Origin: Trichinella spiralis
Lineage: Eukaryota
Assembly: GCF_000181795.1 (NCBI RefSeq)
Contig: NW_003526945.1
Coordinates: forward strand, 2,800,765 to 2,848,413
DNA length: 47,649 bases
Direction of reading: 5' to 3'
Each line of letters starts with the position of its first letter. Positions within the stretch are counted from its first letter, which is position 1. Below the pieces are notes generated by a model. The model was not told where the DNA came from. It saw nothing but the letters and a program-made list of their open reading frames with translations, and ran no database searches. The position numbers were made by a program, and so were the translations under genes. Below, piece by piece: positions 1 through 11,057 of the stretch.

Positions 1-880
1 AAAATGTTCATCAGATAACTATTGTGCGCAAACGACACTTACGCTTGGCGTCAATTTTTACTGACACCTGTTCACACAGTTTTATTTCATGCGCACTGAA
101 AATAATTGCTGATGTTGAAATATGTGTGTTTATGTTGTGTGCGCAGATTTTGCTGGAAGAATTTGCTCATTAATATTATTACCACCACTGATAGATTGAT
201 AAAGATGCGGAAATACTGCAAAACTGTCAAAATTATAAAAAAAAGTTTTCAAAAATCAGCTGATACTGAAAATCAAATTAAAATAAACATCAGTATTATA
301 AATAATATTTTTTGTGCATTTATTTTGACTAATTCAAGAATAAAATGATTAGGAGTGTTTAAATTTTGAATACTGTCATATTTAGTAAACATTTTTGTAA
401 ATTTGTACTTGAGTACTTTTGTAGAGTGTAATACTGACGGAAGAGAAAATTTTTCGTTTGAATAATTTCAAAAAATGGTATGTGTTTTTAGCTGTACTTT
501 TTTTTAACTGAAGATGAATTATAACTGTTTTTTTAGGATTTTGAGGAATACTTTAAATCCGTTGCCAAAATTGAATTTTCCGACAACGTTATGTGTAGAA
601 AAGCAATAATAAAGATTATAAGAAAGGTAAATATTATTGAATAAAATACTATCATTGGTGAAAAAAATGTTTATACGCATACAGTAATGTTGTTTAAGAT
701 TGCAACTTTATATTATCGTTTTGTTTCTAAGCTAAACTAAAAGTCTATACTAGTTTGTAATTGTACTATAATATAGCGTGCATTTTATGCTTGGTATAGT
801 TGAAAGTTGTGTGCTTAATGATTTACTTTAATATATATTTTTTATTTTAATGGTAATCAGTTATTTTTAAATTTATTTAA

Positions 881-2415
881 CCCTCCTGTTATCCTCCGGG
901 TCATATTGACCCGTTTTGATTTTCAACATAAAAATTAGTACCAAAATTATTGTCTGCTGATGCTGAATTTTTTTGACTTTTCCTCATTTCACCTTATCTA
1001 CATATAATGAAATTCCTGCGCCTCTGTCATTTACAGCAACTGCTGTATGCACTTTACGTATATGCGAAATCCCCGGGGTCACTTTGGCCCCGTGATAGAT
1101 CTTCTACTGCTGTTTTATCAGTATTGGAGGTAATGCAACATCTATCACTTTTAAGGTTCTATAGTTTATGGGATATATGGGTTAAAAATTACCTAAGATG
1201 TATAATCCTTCCGAAAATGTTGCAGTTGATGAGCGACTGTATCCTTTCAAAAACCGATGTCAGTTCAGACAGTACATGCCAAAGAAACCGGCAAAGTATG
1301 GCAATAAGTTTTGTGTAGCCTGTTGTTCAAAGTAAAGCTACGCATGGTATATGCAAATATACACTGGAAAGCCATCAAGTGGAACTCGCGAGAAGAACCG
1401 AGGGATGCGAGTGGTACTCGACATGGTAAAGGGGCTAAAAGGTCATAATGTTACATGTGACAACTTTTTTACATCGTATGCACTGAGAGTAGAACTGAAA
1501 AAAAAGAATTTGACTTTGGTTGGAACTAAAAAAAAACAAGCCAGAGCTACCAAGGGAACTGCTGCAACTACAAGGCAGAACATTGAACTCTTCAACATTT
1601 GCCTTTTCTGAAAACTGCACCATCATATCATACCTCCCAAAAAAGAACAAGAATGTTTTGGTACTAAGTACCATGCATAATGACAACCAGGTTTGCGACG
1701 GAAAGGGAAGCAAGCCTGAAATTATTCTGCATTATAATAATACTAAAGGTGGTGTGGATAATTTAGACAAAATGACATCAACGTATTCCAGCCAAAGAAT
1801 GACTGCATGATGGCCATTAGTCATACTTCACAACATCATTGACGTATCGGCATACAACGCCTACGTTCTATGGACAGAAAAACATCCAGCATGGAATGTA
1901 GGAAGGCTGCATAAGCGTCGATTATTCCTGGAAGAACTTGGCAAGGCTCTAGTGCAATCAGAAATGATGAAGCGCAAAACACTTCCCAGAACAGCAGCAG
2001 CAAAATCGGCAGTTAAAAGGTTGCGGAAAGATACAGAGCAGCCATCTACAAGCGGTATCACTGATACGGATACAGGTGGTAAAAAAAGAGCCCGATGTCA
2101 ACTGTGTGTTCAAAGTGACAACAAAAGAAGCGTACGTTGTAAAAAATGCCAAAAATACATTTGTAAAGATCATACACAATCATATTGTAACTTATGTGCA
2201 GAAGAAATTTAAGTGTGTCAATGAACATCCACCATAAACAGTCATATTAAAAAAATAATAATCTCTGCGTATTAGAATATTTATCAGCACCTTTTAAAAT
2301 AAAATTCACGAATACTTAGTCGCAGTATGACCGCAAAACAAACTGTGCATCACTTATGGGTCAATTTGACCCGGAGGATAACGGGAGGTAAGTAAATTTG
2401 AGGATAACAGGAGGG
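881..2415 (+). mobile_element. piggyBac-family DNA transposon, non-autonomous (5' internal deletion)
   Basis: TTAA at 877-880 and 2416-2419. Perfect 16-bp terminal inverted repeats CCCTCCTGTTATCCTC (881-896) and GAGGATAACAGGAGGG (2400-2415). Subterminal GGGTCANNTTGACCC near-palindromes at both ends. Transposase remnants inside. Confidence 0.95.
1165..2212 (+). pseudogene. piggyBac (PGBD4-like) DDD transposase remnant
   Basis: Motifs across shifting frames: VAVDERLYPFKNRCQFRQYMPKKPAKYG (D1), VTCDNFFTS (D2), LSTMH...YNNTKGGVDNLDK (D3), and a C-terminal Cys-rich domain RARCQLC...CKKCQKYICKDH. In-frame stops and frameshifts (e.g. A-run near 1527); N-terminal part absent. Confidence 0.92.
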
Positions 2416-3767
2416 TTAATGAATTTATTATTATTATTATGTAGTTTCTTATTTTATGATTAAAGTACTTTGCAATGCAAATTTATTAGCCACTATTTTG
2501 TTTTTCTTGTCAAGCGCTTCAAGTACAGTATTGCATTATAAATAGAGGGAAAACTGGGTTATTATTTTTTTATGAGAAAGTAGATTTAAGCTTCTATTAC
2601 AGTTAACAGCTAGCATATTTAATCGATGCATGATCAACTGAAAATATATTTTGTCCAAATTTAATTTGATTCAGCAATTAATTCTTTGAAAAGTGTGAAT
2701 CTTGAAAAATTTTTGCTTCGAAAATATTGATATTTTGTTGTGTTCATGTGACTGTTCTGTGACTTGTGTTTATGTTATTATTTATTTATTGTATATATAA
2801 TATTTTATTTTTGATATTCAGAGTTGCGATTGTAAATACAGTAAACAGAAAGTTTAGTATGCTAAAACGTTTTGACAAAAGTTGGCAAATAACACCGAAG
2901 TATAGCTTGACACCAGCATTGCAAGCATATCAGTCACATGAATCAAAGAGGGTATGGCAGATTGCATTATATTAATTAGCACGCATTCGAAATAGTGTAA
3001 TTATTACTCATCAGGAAATTTGGTTCGGGAATATGGGGCTATGAACAATGGTGGGAGTTGATTGGCATATAACATTAGGAGCATTGGACAAAGAGTAGAA
3101 TTATCCAGTGGCAGCAGAGTTGATCAGTTGACGTGTGATGGAATTATGATGCGTTAGTAATAATCCAAATTTTTTTAACATGTCAAANNNNNNNNNNGAA
3201 GTTATCCCATAGTTGTAATTAAGTTAACGACCAACCTACATGGCTGAGTTTTGAATTAATGCAGTACTTGGTCTTTCACGCAGCAAAACTTTTGTACGCA
3301 ACTGCTTTCATGTGTCAAAATAATTTTTGATTTTCGTTTATTTTGTAATTTTTGTTATTCATTACTTACATAATTTGATTTTGAACACTTTCTAAAGCAA
3401 ATTTTTTAAATTTTATTTTTATTTTTCGAACTGTTAAACTTCAAACATTCATTCAAACTTTATTTTCCCCTATGTTACTTTATACATTTTATTCATTTTT
3501 GAATTTCTCCTATTATTTCTTTTGATTCTTTTTTATTTTTACTTTTTTTCTTCTTATAGTGTAAATTTGCATGTTTTTTGAATTTATTTCTTCAAATATT
3601 TTTTCTCAGATTCTTTTTATTTTGAGTTTGACTTTGTAAAATCTCTGACACATGAATGCATTGCATACAAATAAGTAAACACGTAATAAACCATGGAAAA
3701 ATAATGGACATGAAGAGGAAAGAAGACAAGTGGAGAAAGCCAAGATCGGTGAAAGGTTGGATCGAAT

Positions 3768-3818
3768 CGTTTGTTGGTCAATTGCGTTCGTTGGTCAATT
3801 CCGTTCGTTGGTCAAGTG
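3768..3818 (+). repeat. Three tandem 17-bp units (CGTTYGTTGGTCAANTN) inside the large repeat
   Basis: cgtttgttggtcaattg / cgttcgttggtcaattc / cgttcgttggtcaagtg, followed directly by AG|GTAAGT. Also present in both right-hand copies. Confidence 0.85.
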
Positions 3819-4310
3819 AGGTAAGTATAGGCACGTTGGAGAAGATAGATACGATTTGGCGATGTCGAGTGTGGAAAGCTTCTTCATTACAAAGACACAA
3901 TACACAGACGTAACAAAAGACCAATACTGCGTTATTTCTGAACTATGATGCTCATGTAGGATTAGTTAAAAAGGGAAAAATCATGTTTGCCATTACTAGT
4001 TGCCAGCCAGCAATATTAATTAGTTTATAGGAACGAAAACAAAACAGTTAAAATGGGGAAAAATCAAATAATACACGTAACACATGTAAATTAATAATCT
4101 ATTTAAAAGTAAGAAAAAAAATTATTTTTCTTTTAATATAAATCAAGAACAATGCAACAAAAACAACAATTCTTTATTAATGAAAAAGTTTATTTTTCAA
4201 AAAAAATGATAAATGTGCAATGTAATACAAACAAACAGATAAAGTCTGGCATAAATGAGTTCTGCGAAATGGCAAACATGCCGGAAATGGGACTTGAAAT
4301 ATTTAATGCA

Positions 4311-4508
4311 GGTGGAGGATGGAGAGACCAAAAATGGGCCCCATCCTGGAGCGTGAAGCTCCCTTCCCTTAGACAAGGGAGAGTGCAAACTCTTCCTTGC
4401 TCTTTGGGCAGGCAGAGCGCACGCTCCTCTTCCCTGGAGCGGGGAAAGCCTAGGCTTTCCGCGCTGAAGAGGCGGGTGAGACTTAGTTGTTTCACCTGCC
4501 TCAGATGT
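4311..4508 (+). ncRNA. Candidate structured RNA (visible part; continues into assembly gap)
   Basis: At least six back-to-back hairpins, a GCAA (GNRA) tetraloop, and a 14-bp stem (4469-4502) with two G-U pairs valid only on the + strand. Family not recognised. Confidence 0.4.
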
Positions 4509-5189
4509 NNNNNNNNNNNNNNNNNNNNNNNNNNNNNNNNNNNNNNNNNNNNNNNNNNNNNNNNNNNNNNNNNNNNNNNNNNNNNNNNNNNNNNNNNNNN
4601 NNNNNNNNNNNNNNNNNNNNNNNNNNNNNNNNNNNNNNNNNNNNNNNNNNNNNNNNNNNNNNNNNNNNNNNNNNNNNNNNNNNNNNNNNNNNNNNNNNNN
4701 NNNNNNNNNNNNNNNNNNNNNNNNNNNNNNNNNNNNNNNNNNNNNNNNNNNNNNNNNNNNNNNNNNNNNNNNNNNNNNNNNNNNNNNNNNNNNNNNNNNN
4801 NNNNNNNNNNNNNNNNNNNNNNNNNNNNNNNNNNNNNNNNNNNNNNNNNNNNNNNNNNNNNNNNNNNNNNNNNNNNNNNNNNNNNNNNNNNNNNNNNNNN
4901 NNNNNNNNNNNNNNNNNNNNNNNNNNNNNNNNNNNNNNNNNNNNNNNNNNNNNNNNNNNNNNNNNNNNNNNNNNNNNNNNNNNNNNNNNNNNNNNNNNNN
5001 NNNNNNNNNNNNNNNNNNNNNNNNNNNNNNNNNNNNNNNNNNNNNNNNNNNNNNNNNNNNNNNNNNNNNNNNNNNNNNNNNNNNNNNNNNNNNNNNNNNN
5101 NNNNNNNNNNNNNNNNNNNNNNNNNNNNNNNNNNNNNNNNNNNNNNNNNNNNNNNNNNNNNNNNNNNNNNNNNNNNNNNNNNNNNNNNN
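4509..5189. other. Assembly gap (681 N); 10-N gaps also at 3188-3197, 45592-45601 and 46684-46693
   Basis: Runs of N. All four gaps fall in or at the edge of the large repeat. Confidence 1.
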
Positions 5190-5492
5190 GGCGTCCGCGT
5201 TTTCCCATTTTCTTTTTCTCCATTCTTTAAACCTGCAATAATGATATTAAATCAAAATTGTCCTCACTTTATCACAAAGTAGAATTACAACAAATATAAT
5301 AATTAAGTTGCTATCTAATTAAAAAATAGTTGTTTACAAAATGAGTAAGCAAAGTTGTAAAAAAATAAAAAGCAGAAAAATGGAATACTTGTTAGTAATT
5401 CTGAAACCGACTTCAGCAGCTTACTTAACGCTATAATGAATTAGAGAACGTATCAACGATGCTACTAATTGGCACGTAAATTAAAGCAAACA

Positions 5493-5575
5493 AACGCACC
5501 CTGACTGATGATAAGGCGCCTTATAGCGATAGTTATTTGCATAATGCAGCGTTAGAAACCGGTATTTAGTGCGTT
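5493..5575 (+). ncRNA. Hammerhead-ribozyme-like motif (type I, minimal/degenerate); second copy at 45210-45292 (-)
   Basis: CTGATGA (5505-5511), GAAA (5555-5558), palindromic ACCGGT then A, and distal stem AACGCAC/GTGCGTT. The proximal stem I and the first pair of stem II are non-canonical. Confidence 0.3.
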
Positions 5576-7059
5576 AGAACTTTCAGCTGAAGATAAAAGC
5601 TAACCTAAGCCGCGTTACAATATAAGCAGAAGAAATGCGCTGCTAAATTCTATCAATAAGGAAAGGACTATTTGAAAATTCAAAAATGACCTTGATATTT
5701 AAAATCCATTCAAAATATATACTAACAAAAATCGCCGAAACTAAGCAAAATTCACTTAGACAAAATACAATTACGTATGTCTGAAAATTTTCTTAAATCA
5801 GAAAATCAAGTAGCTGAAATGAAGCTAATTTCAAGTGAACAATTTGCGGATAAAAGCTTGCTTGTGGTCAATGAAAAGTGCATGTTAGCTACTGCAAAGG
5901 TGATTTTCAAAAAATCGTATTTTAATAATAGATAAACAATGCGTACAGGGTGTATTTAATCAATATCGATTCTCTATTGTATTTTTAAGTGATTATGACT
6001 TAAAAATGAAAAAACTGCCACTTACTGCTAAATGCACCATTTTCTCATCGTTAATGTTCATTGTCTTTGAACGTTGATTAAAAAATTCTTTTTCAGAAAT
6101 TGTTCCAAAAAATAATAATGAATAAAAAGCAAAAATAGTGTTTGGATTCAATGTTTGTCTTCAGTCAATTTTCCAATCAAAACGCTGAGCTACCATCCAC
6201 TGACGGCCTCAAACTGAAATGATTTCTATTAGGTCAACAAAGCCAACGACATCGCATGCAAATTTTTATTTTATTCATTTCTGCTGATAAATATGACTAC
6301 TGTAGATTTTTCATTGCTCTTTATTTACTTAATGCACTCCGTTTGAGAAGAAAATTTAATTGTAGCTTTGCTAAACACATAAACACTTCTCATTACACAA
6401 TGACCCTGCCCATTGTGTATGTTTGGTGGTCGTTGCTTCATGTGAATTCGAATGTAACTGTGGTGTTGCAGGTACTAGAATTCATTTTGGCATAGTAAAG
6501 CCTCGATATAGACGCCGAAACCGAGTTTTTGCATTTCATAAATAAGATGATTTAATTTACTATAGTCACATTTTTTTATTAATCCGTAACCATTAGGATA
6601 GCAATGTGATTAAACTGAGCTTTTCTTAAGTAATAGTGTTTGTTAAGTAGTTTAAAAATTTATAAAAATCATAATTAGAAAGTATAAAGCAGAATGTAAA
6701 CGCAAAATTGAATACATTGATTGAGTGCTAAATATGTTAAATGATGTCACCTGAAAACTGAGATTAATTGCATACTTTGTTTCTGTTTTTATAGATAATT
6801 CAAAAATAATTGGGATGCTTAAAAAGCAATGTAAATACAATATGTGTCATAATGCATTTTAATTGCACATTAATTAGATATAATCATGCAACTCGATACA
6901 GCAAATTCATAGTAAGCACTTTTTATAGAAAAATAAGTAGACACAACAAACACGTAAACGGTAAAAAATTGTAAGGAAGAGTTGTAATACTACGAAAAGT
7001 ATGCAAATTTAAGATGGTTCATCAGAATGTACAGTAATATTGAGTGTAATGTATCACAG

Positions 7060-8337
7060 CAATGTCAGCGGCAGATTGTCTTCTGGCCTACGCTCTCTTC
7101 TCATCGTCGGGACTATTCTGTCATATCCGTAGTCTTCAGAGCCGTGCTTTTACAATGTTTTTTATCACATCGACGAGATGAACGCTCGTCGAAGCTCTGT
7201 TTTCATCATGGCGACTCTCTTCAAAATGGCACACCCATTCGCTTCTTTCGCTCGCGCGTGAGCATCCTCATCTCCAGGTCCGACGCGCTTGTACACTTAC
7301 CTTCACCAACTGAGCGAGATCCACGCCGTTCACTGGGACAGCGAGAGTCACATTTATCGCTGAACGGCGCCGCTGTTTTAAGGCTGGTGTCCCTGTTGGG
7401 ACCAGTGGTACTGCCGGTGGTTGGCCCTGGCTTCTACGAACCGATTCCAAACGTTTACACGTTCTTCTACGTCATGAGTCGTACGTATCTTTTGGTTGCA
7501 TCATCGACGGCTTGGAGATAGGAGGTGGGCGGGACATACTTTGTGAGGGTTATATGGCTAGTGCTTTTGTTCGTAGTGACCGGTTCTTGTTCTGCCTATC
7601 GGACATGCGGTGACCACGTGGCGCTCTTCCTGCCGTTTCTATTTTTAGTTCTATTTTCTTCTTTGTTGTATTCTCTGGAGCCACTTTTCTACATTTCATT
7701 GCCACATCAACAAAATTTTCAATCGTTCAGGTTCCGGAATGCTGATGGCGATATCGAAATCCTCATTATTCCATGCATTTAATCACTGGTGGCGTATGTA
7801 TCTGTGGTTCAAAAAGCAAGCCACCTGTTTACTGCAATGACAAACTAGCCTTCCGCAAGATAGCGATGTTGGTTGTCCCACCTGGCTGGCTTCAACCTTT
7901 AGAATGCTTCAGCCGCTTATACTATGTTTCTTCTTCACTATTTAAGCAACTCATCCGTCCTGAACAACTTCAATTCAGAATTTCCATTCTGATTTCGCAT
8001 TTCGTTCAAGGCGAATGTGATGCTCGCAATCATTCGTGGAAGTGACGTGAAAACAAGTGCAACATGCGACACAACAAACGGAAAACAGTCGTCACTATAC
8101 AACCATTTTCCATTTCCTCACGACATAAAAACGTTATTGCTTTACCGGCAATCAATGACGTCATCCCTTCTTCATTTGAAACTAATACGATGTCGATTGG
8201 ATTTTTTTCATATTTATAGCAACTGACGTTTGTTCCACTGACAAAACTACTTTACTGCACTTCTCCACCAATCGAAGACACGAATGGTTTAACCTGCAAC
8301 ATACCACTACTTGCTGTTGTCGCTGGAACCCATCCAC
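7060..8337 (-). pseudogene. Degenerate GC-rich coding relic, possibly transposon-derived
   Basis: GC clearly above the flanks. Long minus-strand frames broken by scattered stops (IENFVDVAMKCRKVAPENTTKKKIELKIETAGR...; NPIDIVLVSNEEGMTSLIAGK...). Acceptor GCACAG| just before 8337. No catalytic motif recognised. Confidence 0.35.
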
Positions 8338-8480
8338 CTGTGCATATAAATAATGTAATACGCAGGATGAAAATGGTCATTAGTTGACAAAGATCAAAAG
8401 CTGCTCATAAACACGCCCGCACACACACACACATGAACAGCGCAATGCTACCACCGCACTGAACACAACGTCAAACGAGA

Positions 8481-8646
8481 ACTGCGCTCGCTCGCCTGCC
8501 ACGGCTACTTTTATACTAGCTAGGGGGGTGTGTTGCTTGGCTTTGTCGAAAATGTACCCGAGTAGTCTCTTTTCGCTCACGCCGAACATGACTGCTAGGC
8601 ACGGAATTTTCCAATTGCTCGACGGAGTCTCTTTTAGCTCACGCCG
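8481..8646 (-). promoter_or_regulatory. TATA box plus initiator with upstream 21-bp direct repeats
   Basis: Minus-strand TATAAAAG at 8515-8508 and CAGT at 8484-8481, about 30 nt apart. AGTCTCTTTT(C/A)GCTCACGCCG at 8564-8584 and 8626-8646. Confidence 0.5.
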
Positions 8647-10102
8647 GCCATTATTTCCAAACGAGATTTATCTAACGATCATTCGATATTATTCAAATGC
8701 TTTTCATTCGCTTACATTAGTCGAAATTCCATTACTTGATATATTGTAATATTTCATTCGCTAATTACTTCTAATTGTCAATTGGCTGCAATATTATCCG
8801 TATCAGTTTTCAAAATAATCACATTCCAATTTTAAATAATTTTAATTGCATTTTCAATAATTCCAATATTATCAATTTTACTGTCGCATCAAATTTTATC
8901 ATATATTCTAACACTGTTCAATTTGGAAAATGGAAAAGGCAAAACAAATCAAATATGAAAGCTTAGACAGAGATGGCATGCGTTAAAGTAACTGCTCGGC
9001 TCGTTCGTGATTACTGGTTGCTGCATTGTTGAGCGGGATTGCCTGTCACTATAGTGCGCGTATTTCGTCAAGCCTTTCATAGTTGGTCATAACCACAGCG
9101 GCCAGCGCTCGATTTTTCGCCTTTTGAATCGTTGATGCAGCATTCAGCTTTAACTATTCTTGTGTATTTGCTGCCCACCAGTATTTGGTATAACGTTTAT
9201 AGCAAGGTATTTAGAAACGCCTTTTCACTGACGCGTTTGCCATCTATCAGAACGTTGTGCACGGGATTTTCAAAAATTCATATTCTTTCAATTTAACATC
9301 AATACGGTAACTTAACTATAAATAGAGAATAAGTTTGCATTGACATGGAAGTCACAAAATTGTCTTCCAATGTTTAAATAAATTCTTTTTCTTATTTACG
9401 AATATTAATTAAAATATCAATGAATAGATTAATTACAGGTAAACCACCTGCCCACATCATTATTTCAAATTACTTTAAATTGGTCGCTTTTTAAATCACT
9501 GATGAATTGCTAGAAACAATTGTATTTGAAGCACATCAATAAACCATGCTTAAAGAAGAAATTCATTAAGCAAACGTTCAGCAACTGGAATCATTGGGTT
9601 GAGATCACATATTATAAAATATTTAAATATTATGGAAATCAGCATGTTATAACAATTAGAAATGAATTTGCAAAAGTAGTATTCAAAAATTGAAAAACTC
9701 TTTTAAAATAAATTATAAATATTAACATAATGAGCATTGTAAACGGATTTGCCAAAAACCTTTAAAGAGAACACGTTTTAGTTTAAATTTAAACGTGAAA
9801 TGAACACTTTAAAATATTAACTTTAAAACAAAGCAAAGACATGAAGAGAAAAAATATTCAAGTTTATTGTGAGACCCTTTTAGCGACAAGAACTGTGCCA
9901 GCTAGAAGAAGGTAAGGAGAATAATTTTCCATTTTTTCATTTTTCAACTCATCCTTTCACTGCTAATGATCACTTTCAAATTTCTACTTTATTCATTTAC
10001 AAATACCGATCACTAAATCTAAAGCCTAATTAATATTAATAATCGAATTTCATCAAAGTTGTATTCTTCTTCTATTCGCTAATCAACTGGTGCTTTTAGA
10101 AA

Positions 10103-11057
10103 ATGAAAACCGTAATGGGAATGTGCAATTATTCTAAGCTTATTTTGGCGCTGTTTGTTTTCTCTAATGTAAGCAAAACCATTGCACAAATGTATTAACA
10201 TAAAATAATTTCAATTCAACTTTAAGGTGACGTTTGTGAGAAGCGCCATCAACCAAACAAATGAAAGTAACAGATTTTCAAATATTGTCTTCAGACAAAT
10301 TTATCCATTCATTAACTAATTAATATGTCTTGCATGAAATTTAAGCGAGCATTTTGAATTCCACACGACCATACAATGAAATGGAAGTCACTCTTGAAGA
10401 AAAAGAGCAGAATTACAAAATTAGAGACATACATGATGAAACAATGGATCAACAGCAGTTACGCCTCGATGATCATGACATCAAAAAAATTCTGAATCTA
10501 CCTGGAAAAAGTATAAACGCATATTTATTTATTGATCATTTGTCACCATTCAGAATTATATAAAATCGTAAAAATTTAATATCACATCAAGTCATTTATT
10601 TACTGTTCTCCCAGTTTTGTTTTAATGTTTGCAAACTGCACGATGTAAATTCAAACTTTCCATAATCAAAATTCCATTTCACTAATTAATAGATAAAAAT
10701 TTGAATACTTTCAAACTTTCAGTTTCGTTACATTATATAAAATTTTTTTTAATAGATTATAAACGTTCCAAGAAAGAATTACAAGAAAAAACGATTGATG
10801 ACTACTTCGAAGCACAGCTAAAAGTCGAAAAAAGTAAGAATTTACTCTCATTTTTTCAAACTTCCTTTCAATATTAACACCAAAATGCTAAACTGCTATA
10901 TTCGAATTTTCTGAATTCAAATAATCTATGTTCGCTTTTCCATAAATTTTGTGGAAAACAACTGTTAAATAAATAAATGACTATTGTTTAATTATTAGAG
11001 CGAAAAATATTCAACAGAAAAATGCCCATGTTTCAAATTACCATTACTCGTGTATAA
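10103..11057 (+). CDS. Small orphan secreted protein, 135 aa, 5 exons
   Basis: Exons 10103-10168, 10227-10266, 10346-10510, 10756-10833 and 10999-11057 join in phase (408 nt) with GT-AG introns. Hydrophobic N-terminus MKTVMGMCNYSKLILALFVFSNVTFVRSA. TTTTAG acceptor just before the ATG. Confidence 0.72.

Larger units (their letters stand above)
425..3157 (+). pseudogene. Probable spliced pseudogene of unknown family hosting the piggyBac in an intron
   Basis: GT/AG-bounded segments 425-477, 537-626 (DFEEYFKSVAKIEFSDNVMCRKAIIKIIRK), 2822-2951 and 3015-3157 join in compatible phase, but the joined frame has several stops. No family recognised. Confidence 0.3.
3198..6728 (+). repeat. Unclassified ~3.5 kb dispersed repeat, left copy (gap 4509-5189)
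   Basis: Colinear, high-identity reverse complement of 44062-47607, shown by shared ORF translations (GINEFCEMANMPEMG, WIESFVGQLRSLV, MQIF.LFISADKY) and direct sequence comparison. Confidence 0.95.

Noticed and set aside
3768..3818. CRISPR-like array
   Set aside because: Contiguous tandem units with no spacers, eukaryotic context and no cas genes.
4328..4335. Sm-site-like ATTTTTGG on the minus strand
   Set aside because: G-U pairs and the GNRA loop favour the + strand, and the motif sits inside a hairpin with no snRNA or SL context.
4314..4362. U3 snoRNA-like GAGGATGG...GAGCGTGAAGC (box C'/B resemblance)
   Set aside because: No box A/A' upstream and no box C or D in the visible downstream sequence.
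4443..4505. Hammerhead reading of GAAA...CTGAAGAG
   Set aside because: Stem I would be only 6 nt and stem II cannot form; no GAAA follows the long stem.
4152..5282. ORFs of 240-376 aa spanning the N run
   Set aside because: Artefacts of translating through the gap.
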